A stretch of 64,000 nucleotides of DNA from a virus: positions 35,004 to 99,003 of IMG/VR virus record IMGVR_UViG_3300021364_000008; one strand, 5' to 3'. Made by a program: the position numbers and the translations under genes. The notes under the pieces are model-generated. The model did no database searches, had not been told where the DNA came from, and was given only the letters and a program-made list of their open reading frames with translations. Position 1 is the stretch's first letter; every line of letters begins with the position of its first letter. This document shows, in pieces, positions 55,173 through 64,000 of the stretch.

Positions 55173-57779
55173 ATGAATGGAAGTTTATTTCATAGTGAAC
55201 ATTTAGGAAGAACACCTTTTTATTTCTGGTATGGTCAAGTAGTTGGTGACTGGGAAGGAAACCAAAATCACGAAATTCATACTAGAGATGATATTCCTGG
55301 ATGGGGATATAGAGTTAAAGTGGCGATTCTCGGACAAGATCCAAGAGTTACATCTGAAGGTGCATCAAATCCAGAACTTGTAATGGCTGAAGTTTTACTT
55401 CCCACAACTGGTGGCGGAGGAGTTGGTGGCGGAGTACAGACTCCCTCAATAGGAAACAATTCTTTTGTAGTTGGATTTTATAAGGATGGTGTAAATGCCA
55501 GAGAACCTATTGTTATGGGAGTTCTTCCTAATGTTTCTCAGAGTAGAATGAAACCATATTCTACTCCAGATTCCTTGAGATATGATGCAACAACTGGATA
55601 TTTGCCTGGGATAGATAGGGTAGCAACTGATGCAAAGTTGGGAGAAGGTCCTGCATCATCTGTGATTATGGAGTTTGGGGAGCAAGCAAGAAAATATGTA
55701 GTATCTTTACCAGATCAACTTATAGATGGAGCACAAGCTCACTTAATTCCAACTACTTATAGGTGCAATAAAAATGCTGGTGAGATGAAAGGTATTCAAC
55801 TCATTATTCAGCAAGCAGTTAATGCATTAAATTTTATTAGAACTCAAGGTAAATCCTTTAAATCTGCAGCATCAGATTTAACTGGAAATATTCAATCAAT
55901 TATTTCAAGTGTTACTAATTTTGTTTCATCTCTTGTAAAAAGTATGATGAAAAAAATGAGGGGATTTGTAATCAATAAAATCAATAATGGAATTAAAGAT
56001 GTATTGAATTTAGTTCCCCCCAACTTAAGAAGTGCAGCATCTGATGGAGCAACTCAGGCTAATGACACAATTTCTTGCGTCTTCAATAAAGTAATGGGGA
56101 CTATTAAAAATATTATTGGAAAAATTCTTTCAGATCTATTGGGAGGAGCTGTAAATACTGCAATGTGTTTTGCAGAAAATGTTGTTGGGAGTTTTCTAAG
56201 TCAGGTACTTGGAGATCTTACTTCTGCTCTAGATTCTGTCTTATCTCAACTTGAAGGTATTCTTGGAAAGGCAGTAAATTTTGCTGGAAAAATATTAGAT
56301 GTCTTAGACACTGTATTTGGGTTTCTCAATATATTTTCATGTCAAGAAGAGCTTGCTTGCCCTGTAGTGGAAGAATGGAGTTTCTGGTATGGACCCAAAA
56401 ATCTTTCCAATGATGTATCTCAAAATCTTAGTAAATTAATGCAAGATCTTTCAGATAAGGCAGATGCTGCACTTGGAAATGGTGCTGGAGGTGGCGCTCC
56501 ATCTTGCAGCATTGGGCCATTACTTTCTGGTCCTCCAACCATTAGTTTGATTGGTGGTGGAACTTCAAGAAGTGGAACTGGCAATGCAAGCGGATCTGAT
56601 GGATCTGCATCAGGAACTGCTGGAGGTAGTGGTGCTACTGGAACTAATGGTACTGGGACTGGAACTAATGGTACTGGGACTGGAACTGATGGTACTGGGA
56701 CTGGACCAATTCCAATTGAAGTTATTCCATTCTCAGCTAATGCAGTTATTAGTCCAAGAGGAGAACTTCTTGCTCTTGATGTTGTAAATCCGGGTCTCGA
56801 AAATTATACAAGTCGTCCAACAGTTATTGTTACTGATAACAGTGGACTTGGAAATGGTGCTGTAGTAATTCCAATAATGAAAAGTAATCCAGAAACTACT
56901 AATCAATTTGATAAAAATGGATGTGGAAATCCAGATTCTGTCGAAGAAGTTGATAATTCCAAGACTGAAGGTATTGGTGGAGGTGAACTTACTGAAGTAT
57001 TTCCAGATACAGCTGCAAACTTACTTCAAACTGCAAATACACAATCTCCTGAAGGGATGTCTATTGATAAGTTTGTAGTTATAGATTCTGGAGTTGGATA
57101 TTTGTCAAAACCTGATGGAAGCACTGGTGCTGGTGGAGCAAAGTTTTCAGATCCAGAAGACACTATCCTATTATGTGGAAGTGGTGGGTATATTCCAATT
57201 CCTCCCGGAGAAACTATTCAGGTTAAAGGGGGTGATCAAATATTCCTACCATCAGGAACAAACACTCAAATCTATAATTCTGATGGTGAATTGACTCAGA
57301 ATGTTGATGGAAAAGGTCCATTATCTCCTATTGATATTTTAGAGTCTGGAACTTTAACAACACCTCAACCACCAGAAGATATTGGTCAAATTACTTCAGA
57401 TAATGCAACTGCTGGATATGATGTTGTTCTTGAAGTGAATGAAGTCTTTATTGAAAATCCTGGAATTAATTATGATGTAAATGATGAGATTACTGTTGAA
57501 CCTAGTAATGGTCTTGAATTAGAACCTAAATATGATGAGAATGGAAAACTTGTTGATGTAAAGGTTACAAATCCTGGAATTGGATTTGTGGAATTTCCTG
57601 AAATTAGAATTTATTCTGATACTGGATTTAATGCAAATATTATTCCAATTTTTAATGTATTAAGGTTGAAAGAGTATGAAGATCGTGGTACAATACCAAA
57701 CGGAGTAGAATCAATTAGCGTAGTGGATTGTGTTGGAAAAATCCCACCAAAAACAACTTTTGATAGAGTTCCTCAGTAA
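55173..57779 (+). CDS. gp5: Baseplate hub/spike gp5-like protein (N-terminal OB fold)
   Basis: FWYGQVV..RVKV.ILG and VVGFY.DG..A.EPIVMG motifs. Confidence 0.75.
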   Translation: MNGSLFHSEHLGRTPFYFWYGQVVGDWEGNQNHEIHTRDDIPGWGYRVKVAILGQDPRVTSEGASNPELVMAEVLLPTTGGGGVGGGVQTPSIGNNSFVVGFYKDGVNAREPIVMGVLPNVSQSRMKPYSTPDSLRYDATTGYLPGIDRVATDAKLGEGPASSVIMEFGEQARKYVVSLPDQLIDGAQAHLIPTTYRCNKNAGEMKGIQLIIQQAVNALNFIRTQGKSFKSAASDLTGNIQSIISSVTNFVSSLVKSMMKKMRGFVINKINNGIKDVLNLVPPNLRSAASDGATQANDTISCVFNKVMGTIKNIIGKILSDLLGGAVNTAMCFAENVVGSFLSQVLGDLTSALDSVLSQLEGILGKAVNFAGKILDVLDTVFGFLNIFSCQEELACPVVEEWSFWYGPKNLSNDVSQNLSKLMQDLSDKADAALGNGAGGGAPSCSIGPLLSGPPTISLIGGGTSRSGTGNASGSDGSASGTAGGSGATGTNGTGTGTNGTGTGTDGTGTGPIPIEVIPFSANAVISPRGELLALDVVNPGLENYTSRPTVIVTDNSGLGNGAVVIPIMKSNPETTNQFDKNGCGNPDSVEEVDNSKTEGIGGGELTEVFPDTAANLLQTANTQSPEGMSIDKFVVIDSGVGYLSKPDGSTGAGGAKFSDPEDTILLCGSGGYIPIPPGETIQVKGGDQIFLPSGTNTQIYNSDGELTQNVDGKGPLSPIDILESGTLTTPQPPEDIGQITSDNATAGYDVVLEVNEVFIENPGINYDVNDEITVEPSNGLELEPKYDENGKLVDVKVTNPGIGFVEFPEIRIYSDTGFNANIIPIFNVLRLKEYEDRGTIPNGVESISVVDCVGKIPPKTTFDRVPQ
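56640..56702 (+). repeat. 21-bp in-frame tandem repeat, three copies (GTNGTGT)
   Basis: ggaact(a/g)atggtactgggact at 56640, 56661 and 56682. Confidence 0.9.
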
Positions 57780-57781
57780 AT

Positions 57782-58387
57782 ATGTCATCTAAAAAAGAAA
57801 GAACTAATTTTGTTCATGGTCATAGGTCTAGAGGAACCATAAAATTTGGACACCTTCATATGGGAAGTGAGGGTGAATTGAAGTCTGATGTGCAGTCTGG
57901 AGTAATGCTTCAGGCATTTGACTCTAGACATTATATGACAATGGATATTAATGGTGTTAGAAAGGGATGGACTTTGAATAGATGTCCTGGAGTCTATTCT
58001 ATTAGATGTGCTACTAATGTCACTCCAGGAGAACTTGGATATGTTTTGCTATGTGAGCAGGGGGATATTTCAATTTCTGCCCCAAATGGAAGAATTAGAT
58101 TGTTTGCCCAAGACATTGATTTGAGGGCAGAAGGTCCTGATAACCAAAGAGGATCAATTAATTTGGATAGTAGTCAATCTGTAAATATTGATACTCAGGT
58201 TGTTGATGTTAAAGGTGATGCTGGAATTAGAATATTTACCCCCTACACTTTAGATCTTATTGGAAATCAGACTGTTCACTTTACTTCCAATTTTATTCGC
58301 GGTCTTTCTGCAGCATCTTCGAGGCAATCTTCTAAAACAAATTCATTAACTTCAAAATCATTTCAAACAAAATCTTTATACACTTAA
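57782..58387 (+). CDS. Structural protein (gp5 C-terminal beta-helix-like)
   Basis: GDISISAPNGRIRLFAQDIDL short-strand repeats; follows gp5. Confidence 0.55.
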   Translation: MSSKKERTNFVHGHRSRGTIKFGHLHMGSEGELKSDVQSGVMLQAFDSRHYMTMDINGVRKGWTLNRCPGVYSIRCATNVTPGELGYVLLCEQGDISISAPNGRIRLFAQDIDLRAEGPDNQRGSINLDSSQSVNIDTQVVDVKGDAGIRIFTPYTLDLIGNQTVHFTSNFIRGLSAASSRQSSKTNSLTSKSFQTKSLYT

Positions 58388-58391
58388 AATT

Positions 58392-59072
58392 ATGTCTTTT
58401 TCTGTAGATACTTTAGAATCTTCCCATCAACTTGTTCTTGGCAATGGATATAATATTATTCATATGGGACTTGGTGATTCATCTGTTCGTGGATCTGGAT
58501 ATCTAGAGGGTCCTATAGTTGTTGGGAATAGTAATAAGTATCTGTCATCTTCACCGACAGATTCTGCAACTTTAATGATTGGAGAATCTACAAATAATGA
58601 TTCTATTATTAGACCATTTTATTCATTGATGGTTCAGACTTTTGCAAGAATTAAATCATATCTCAAGATTGATTTTCTTCTTTCAGTTAGATTTATTAAA
58701 GCCAAAGTAATCTATACTGAAAAATTATTTGCCAAGGTAAAAAACTTTAGAATTGACCATCCTTTAGATCCAAAAAATAAATATCTAGTATACTCTTCTC
58801 TTGAAGGTCCTGAAGTTGGTGTTTATTTTAGAGGAAGACTTAGAAATTCTAATGAAATTTTAATTCCAAAATATTGGAAAGAACTGGTTGATTCGAGTTC
58901 AATTACTGTTCAACTTCAACCAATTGGTTCTCATCAGGAAATTGCTATCAAAGGAATTCAAAATGATAAAATAGTTGTTCAATCGAGAGGTGGATTGCCA
59001 ATCGATTGCTATTATCATATTTTTGCGGAAAGAAAAGACGTTCCTAAGTTGGAAGTGGAGGTAAGTAAATAA
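58392..59072 (+). CDS. Structural protein with chaperone-like C-terminal domain
   Basis: KNFRIDHP...LEGPE.GVYFRG. Confidence 0.6.
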   Translation: MSFSVDTLESSHQLVLGNGYNIIHMGLGDSSVRGSGYLEGPIVVGNSNKYLSSSPTDSATLMIGESTNNDSIIRPFYSLMVQTFARIKSYLKIDFLLSVRFIKAKVIYTEKLFAKVKNFRIDHPLDPKNKYLVYSSLEGPEVGVYFRGRLRNSNEILIPKYWKELVDSSSITVQLQPIGSHQEIAIKGIQNDKIVVQSRGGLPIDCYYHIFAERKDVPKLEVEVSK

Positions 59073-59803
59073 TGGCAAATATTTGGAACATTGGCCCTTA
59101 TGGAACATTTACTGGTCCTAGTGGAAAATATAATTTTGATGACAGTGAACCAAATTGGTGGAAAAATGTTGGATATGACGTAGAGTTTACTCTTTCAGAT
59201 GTTGCTTGTGTTTTATACAACACTCTTGATGATTATGCTTTAATGAGACTTGATGGAACCAATACTTCCAAAGTGACTATTGAAAGAAGTTCTGGACCAT
59301 TAACACTTTTCAATGTTCAATCGGGAGTTTCTGTTTTCAGTGGAGAAGTTTATTCAAATGCAGGTGGACATAGATTATCTGCAAAGAAAAACTTTGATAT
59401 TCCTCATCCAAATAAACCTGGATGGAGGTTGAGGCATACTTGTTTGGAAGGTCCTGAGAATGCAGTATATTTTAGAGGAAAACTTAAGGATTCTACAGTG
59501 ATTGATCTTCCAGATTACTGGAAAGATTTTGTTGATTCTGAAAGTATTACTGTACATTTAACTCAAGTTGGATCTCAGCAGGATTTAATCTTAGATAGGA
59601 TAGAAGATAATAAGATTTTTATTAAATCAGGATCTGGTTGTTCTATAAATTGTCACTATATAGTTTATGGAAATAGAACTGATGGTGAAGACTTGATAGT
59701 TGAATATGAAGGAGAAACTCCTGCAGATTATCCTGGAAATAATGATGAGTATTCAGTTGTTGGTTGGAATTATGATGTAAGAACTAACAAAAAAGAATCT
59801 TAA
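59072..59803 (+). CDS. Paralogous structural protein with chaperone-like C-terminal domain
   Basis: KNFDIPHP...LEGPE.AVYFRG; paralog of the upstream gene. Confidence 0.6.
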   Translation: MANIWNIGPYGTFTGPSGKYNFDDSEPNWWKNVGYDVEFTLSDVACVLYNTLDDYALMRLDGTNTSKVTIERSSGPLTLFNVQSGVSVFSGEVYSNAGGHRLSAKKNFDIPHPNKPGWRLRHTCLEGPENAVYFRGKLKDSTVIDLPDYWKDFVDSESITVHLTQVGSQQDLILDRIEDNKIFIKSGSGCSINCHYIVYGNRTDGEDLIVEYEGETPADYPGNNDEYSVVGWNYDVRTNKKES

Positions 59804-59804
59804 A

Positions 59805-62417
59805 ATGCCATTTACATTTGCCAAAAGTTATTCTATTGATAAGATACAGGAATTTGATCCTGGTATAGATACATTTTTTGGAGATACTTATTCAATTCCG
59901 GATTTGCTTGAGGATCTGGAAGCAAATCAACTGAGATCAAATGTAAATTTATATGTTAAAGGTCCTCTATTTGACCAATTTGATAATAAGGGTGGTTCTG
60001 GTCAAGTTCTTTTAACTGATGCTAATGGTGTTTTTTGGGGAAATGTATCTGGAATTGGATCACCTCTTCAATCAATTGCAGTTTTGGATGAGGGTGGATT
60101 TATTGCAACAGTATCTACTTTAAATTTTCTTGATGGAACTGATCCCACCAATCTTATACAAGTAACTCAAGGAATTAGTGGTTCAGTTGTAAATATTACT
60201 GTATCTGATAGGTGGTCTCTTTCTGGAGGTGATATCTACAGAAATAGTAAAGTTGGAATTAATAATTCTTCTCCAGCATATGATCTAGATGTAACTGGAA
60301 CTGTTAATATTACATCTACATTGAATGCTGATGGTTCTGTAACCTTTAATTCCACATTAGATGTTGATGGTGCCACTATACTCAACAGCACTTTAGAAGT
60401 TACTGACCAAACAACTTTAGATGGATTTGTTCAGATTAATAATGATGTAATCATTACTGGATTTACAACTGGAACAATTTCAACCTCCATTTTATCAAGA
60501 ACATCAGAATTTTCAGAAGTTTCTACTGCTTCTACATTTATAAAAACTGTAGAAACTACAACAAATCAGGAGTATTATATTCCCTTTGTAGAGAACTCAA
60601 CTTCTACTGATGAAGAAACAATCCGAGTCGATTCTGGAATTAAATACAATCCAAGTGATGATTCATTAACTATTGATGGAGATCTTTTAGTTGATCAGAA
60701 TGCAAAAGTTGTGGGGACATTAGAACTTGATAATGCTCTGATTGATATTAATGGAAATACTGCTGTAGGAAAAACGGATTATCGTCTTGCTTCTGTCGGA
60801 ACTGGTGTTTCTTGGAGACCTCCTGGTGTAGAAACGCAAAATGCAATCTGGGTGACTGTAGATGGAAATGATTCTAACAGTGGATATTTGGAAGGTGATG
60901 CAAAGAGAACAATAGGATCTGCTGCATCAATTGCAAAATCTGGAGATACTATTTTTGTAAGATCTGGAGTTTATTATGAAAATAATCCTATTGGATTGAG
61001 AACTGATGTATCTGTTTCTGGTCAGGATCTTCGTTTAGTCACAGTAGTTCCCACCAATGTAACTAAGGATGTTTTTCACGTTAGAAGAGGGTGTTTAATT
61101 GAAAATTTAAACTTTGCAGGAACTAGCGTATCAGTTGCCCATACCGGTTGTGGTGCTGTTGCATTTCCTCCAACAAATCCTTCTGATTATGCTAATAGTG
61201 GTTATATTGCAGCAGGACCTACACTGGAAGGACCAACTGGAAGATGGAGAAGTCCTTATGTGAGAAACTGCACTAACTTTATGAGTGGTAGTATTGGAAT
61301 GAAGATTAATGGAGATCATGCATCAGTTGCTGATCCAATTAATAATATTGGAAATAATTTAAAGTCAATGGTTTGTGACTCCTTTACGCAATATAATGAG
61401 AATGGAATAGGAGTATCTATTACAAATAATGGGTATGCTCAATTAGTTTCTATCTTTACTATTAACTGTGATAAAGGAATATATGTTGATAGTGGAGGAT
61501 CTTGCGACCTTACAAACTCCAATTCATCATTTGGCAATTTTGGTCTTTATGCAGTTGGATTGGGTGCAACAGAATATACTGGAGAAGTATTGGCAGACAC
61601 TATTGCAGATAATGATGTTATTGTATTAAATTCTGTTTATGATTCAAATTTAAGTCCTAGAAGACCTTACGATGGTCAGGCACTTTGGTTTAAAATTAAT
61701 TTAGATAATTATCCAGATGCAGTTGGAACCGGAACAATTACCTCACCCTTAGAACAGTTGGATAGAATTGTAGTTACAAATGGCGGGTCTGGATATAGTG
61801 CAGCAAATCCACCATCAGTTCTAATTGTAGATTTAAATGATGGTTCACAACTTCCAAAAGGTCCTCAAGGTATTATTGCAGAGGCAAGTCCTACAGTAGA
61901 TCCCACCACGGGCCAAATCACTGAAATTGATGTAGTCAATAGTGGAAGAAATTACCTTTCGAGTCAAAATATTTCAGTAGTTGTTGAAGGAAATGCAACT
62001 GCAACTGCAATTATGTCACCTATATATTTCACAGTATCTGAGGCAACTGAACCAAGTTCATCTGGAGTTACTACTGTTACATTTAATGAATTTATTCCTT
62101 ATGAACTTTTTGCTAATGATGAAGTTGAACTCAAGAGAATCAGTCGTATTTTGACCAGTTCTCATTCATTTGAATATATTGGATCTGGAACAGATATAAA
62201 TACATCTATACCTCTACAAGGTGCTGTTCCAATTAAGGCAAATGAAGTTGTTGCATTAGATGGAGCACAAATTCCCTTCACAAGTACTGATCAAAAAGGC
62301 AACTTTGATATTGGTGATGGTATTCAAATTGACCAGACTACATCAACAATCAGAGGAAGAGATTTTAGTAGAGCTATACGAGCAGAAGTTACACCATTAA
62401 TACTTGCACTGAGATAA
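59805..62417 (+). CDS. Tail fibre/spike-like structural protein (beta-helix region)
   Basis: VGINNSSP, WVTVDGNDSNSG..AKRTI, SPYVRNCT and SHSFEYIGSG motifs. Confidence 0.65.
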   Translation: MPFTFAKSYSIDKIQEFDPGIDTFFGDTYSIPDLLEDLEANQLRSNVNLYVKGPLFDQFDNKGGSGQVLLTDANGVFWGNVSGIGSPLQSIAVLDEGGFIATVSTLNFLDGTDPTNLIQVTQGISGSVVNITVSDRWSLSGGDIYRNSKVGINNSSPAYDLDVTGTVNITSTLNADGSVTFNSTLDVDGATILNSTLEVTDQTTLDGFVQINNDVIITGFTTGTISTSILSRTSEFSEVSTASTFIKTVETTTNQEYYIPFVENSTSTDEETIRVDSGIKYNPSDDSLTIDGDLLVDQNAKVVGTLELDNALIDINGNTAVGKTDYRLASVGTGVSWRPPGVETQNAIWVTVDGNDSNSGYLEGDAKRTIGSAASIAKSGDTIFVRSGVYYENNPIGLRTDVSVSGQDLRLVTVVPTNVTKDVFHVRRGCLIENLNFAGTSVSVAHTGCGAVAFPPTNPSDYANSGYIAAGPTLEGPTGRWRSPYVRNCTNFMSGSIGMKINGDHASVADPINNIGNNLKSMVCDSFTQYNENGIGVSITNNGYAQLVSIFTINCDKGIYVDSGGSCDLTNSNSSFGNFGLYAVGLGATEYTGEVLADTIADNDVIVLNSVYDSNLSPRRPYDGQALWFKINLDNYPDAVGTGTITSPLEQLDRIVVTNGGSGYSAANPPSVLIVDLNDGSQLPKGPQGIIAEASPTVDPTTGQITEIDVVNSGRNYLSSQNISVVVEGNATATAIMSPIYFTVSEATEPSSSGVTTVTFNEFIPYELFANDEVELKRISRILTSSHSFEYIGSGTDINTSIPLQGAVPIKANEVVALDGAQIPFTSTDQKGNFDIGDGIQIDQTTSTIRGRDFSRAIRAEVTPLILALR

Positions 62418-62420
62418 GAT

Positions 62421-63080
62421 ATGGCAGTTGCACCACTTAATAAGTTTTTAACAATAGCAGTTCCTGTTGCTCCTGGAGAGCAGACTATCTATACAACTCC
62501 TGTTGGAGTATCTGCTATTTTACTTTATGCCCAAGTATCTAATGTAGGAATTAATACATATCCAACAGTTACATTTACTCATAGAAGAACAAGTGTTGCA
62601 TCAAGAACTTCTGGCAATACTAGAAATAATAGAGTTATTAAGGATGTAGAAATACCACCTAATGATTCTGTGATTATTATTGATGGTAGATTGGTCCTTG
62701 AAAGAACTGCAATTATCTCAGATTCAATTGTAATTGAAGGATCTCAAGCAGGAATTGTATCTGTTTATGATTGTCAATATGATCATACAACTGGATTGAC
62801 TACAGTAACAACTGTAGGACCTCATAATTTTTCTGTTGGTGAGCAAGTTACAATGAGTGGATTAGCGTTTACTTGCAGCCAATCCACTGGAATTACTACA
62901 AACATTTTCCCAGAACCTCAAGTTGCATTTGTTGTAGATAGTGTTGGTGGTGGTGGAACTGTATTTGAAACTACTGCAGGTACAGTAACTGGAATTGCTC
63001 ATACATATTTAAGTGGAGGAGAAGTTGGACCACTTCAAATGGAATTCATCTGCAGCATCTTGGAAAATAGTACTGTATAA
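62421..63080 (+). CDS. Virion structural protein
   Basis: [19 protein letters not shown]; [11 protein letters not shown] module. Confidence 0.6.
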   Translation: MAVAPLNKFLTIAVPVAPGEQTIYTTPVGVSAILLYAQVSNVGINTYPTVTFTHRRTSVASRTSGNTRNNRVIKDVEIPPNDSVIIIDGRLVLERTAIISDSIVIEGSQAGIVSVYDCQYDHTTGLTTVTTVGPHNFSVGEQVTMSGLAFTCSQSTGITTNIFPEPQVAFVVDSVGGGGTVFETTAGTVTGIAHTYLSGGEVGPLQMEFICSILENSTV

Positions 63081-63082
63081 CA

Positions 63083-64000
63083 ATGACTAAGTATTTCAGT
63101 GGAAGAAAAACGGTAACACCTTTTTCTGGATTAAGTGCAGATAGGCACAGATATCTTGGGCTGGAGCAAGCAGAACCAAATTTAGGTTTTCCTGGGGAAA
63201 AAAATGTATCCATTGCTCAGACCTACTATTATCTTATTACTCCTGAAAATGGAACTGTATATGATAGATATTGGTTACAACAATCTCCTGCTAATCTTGT
63301 AAATGGAATTTCAATTTTTGATGAAGGCATTTTAGTTGGAACTGCAAATAGTGTTTCTAAAATAGATTTTGTGGGGGCAGCGATAACTGCTACTGCATCT
63401 GGAACTATTTCAACAGTTACTGTTTTTGCTCCAGGCAAAAATGGAGAAATATTATATAATAATCTTGGAGATATTCAATCTACTCCAAATATTATTATAA
63501 ATTCAAATTTTGTTGGCATAGGAACCACAATACCAACAGAAAGTTTAGACGTAAGTGGAACTATAAGAATTCGTGGAGGTCTTTATGATTATTACAATCA
63601 AGTTGGAGTTGCAGGATCTCTTTTAATTTCAACTGGCGCTGGTGTTTCTTGGGCGAGTGTCAGTGAAGTTGGATTAAATGGCCCTCAAGGTTTTCAGGGA
63701 GTTCAAGGTGCTCAAGGTGCTCAAGGTGCTCAAGGTGTACAGGGTGCTTTAGGTCCTCAAGGTTTTCAGGGAGTTCAAGGTGCTCAAGGAGTTCAGGGTG
63801 CTTTAGGTCCTCAAGGTTTTCAGGGAGTTCAAGGTGCTCAAGGAGTTCAGGGTGCTTTAGGTGCTCAAGGTTTTCAGGGAGTTCAAGGTGCTCAAGGAGT
63901 TCGGGGTGCTTTAGGTCCTCAAGGTTTTCAGGGAGTTCAAGGTGCTCAAGGAGCACAAGGTGCTCAAGGAGCACAAGGAGTTCAAGGTGCTCAAGGAGTT
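63083..64000 (+). CDS. Collagen-like tail fibre protein, runs off the window
   Basis: Open frame from ATG 63083; VGIGTT motif; continuous Gly-X-Y from 63671. Confidence 0.85.
   Translation, partial: MTKYFSGRKTVTPFSGLSADRHRYLGLEQAEPNLGFPGEKNVSIAQTYYYLITPENGTVYDRYWLQQSPANLVNGISIFDEGILVGTANSVSKIDFVGAAITATASGTISTVTVFAPGKNGEILYNNLGDIQSTPNIIINSNFVGIGTTIPTESLDVSGTIRIRGGLYDYYNQVGVAGSLLISTGAGVSWASVSEVGLNGPQGFQGVQGAQGAQGAQGVQGALGPQGFQGVQGAQGVQGALGPQGFQGVQGAQGVQGALGAQGFQGVQGAQGVRGALGPQGFQGVQGAQGAQGAQGAQGVQGAQGV
63671..64000 (+). repeat. Collagen-coding tandem repeat (9-bp subunits, 54-bp higher-order unit [18 protein letters not shown])
   Basis: ggtcctcaaggttttcagggagttcaaggtgctcaaggagttcagggtgcttta and variants repeated. 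Confidence 0.92.

Noticed and set aside
1-64000. tRNA or rRNA genes
   Set aside because: No cloverleaf or TTCGA arm context recognised in the intergenic gaps by eye; a tRNAscan run would be needed to be certain

Overview
A 64-kb AT-rich segment of a T4-like cyanobacterial myovirus (Kyanoviridae-like). The phage call rests on gp33, gp59, gp32, gp53, gp48, gp4, gp26, gp51, gp5, phoH, thyX and glutaredoxin; the cyanobacterial host on hli, cp12, an SLH/porin-like gene and DUF4278. Layout: (1) 1-6557, glycosyltransferase/sugar-modification island, including a fungal-type GT15 and a frameshifted methyltransferase; (2) 6.6-16 kb, SLH outer-membrane protein, hli, GH24 lysozyme and tail-fibre/virion genes; (3) 16-31 kb, an accessory island of three paralogous ~960-aa proteins, each 3 x 6 kelch-like blades, interleaved with glycosyltransferases, 2OG-Fe(II) oxygenases and a sulfotransferase; (4) a TnpB remnant and a GT2/methyltransferase between two copies of a promoter-leader; (5) core early/middle genes, including an NtcA box, a double glutamine(glnA)-riboswitch-like RNA with an ORF inside it, DUF4278 genes and an intein-split ThyX; (6) baseplate/tail genes, including a nuclease-less NUMOD3 insertion that duplicated the gp4 5' end, ending in a partial collagen-like fibre. 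Best candidates for undescribed systems: the propeller island (DNA-level blade mosaicism plus a repeating C/A-to-G/T strand-asymmetry sawtooth, suggesting recombination-driven diversification without an RT or recombinase) and the nitrogen-sensing riboswitch module. All calls come from motif recognition by eye; no database searches were run.
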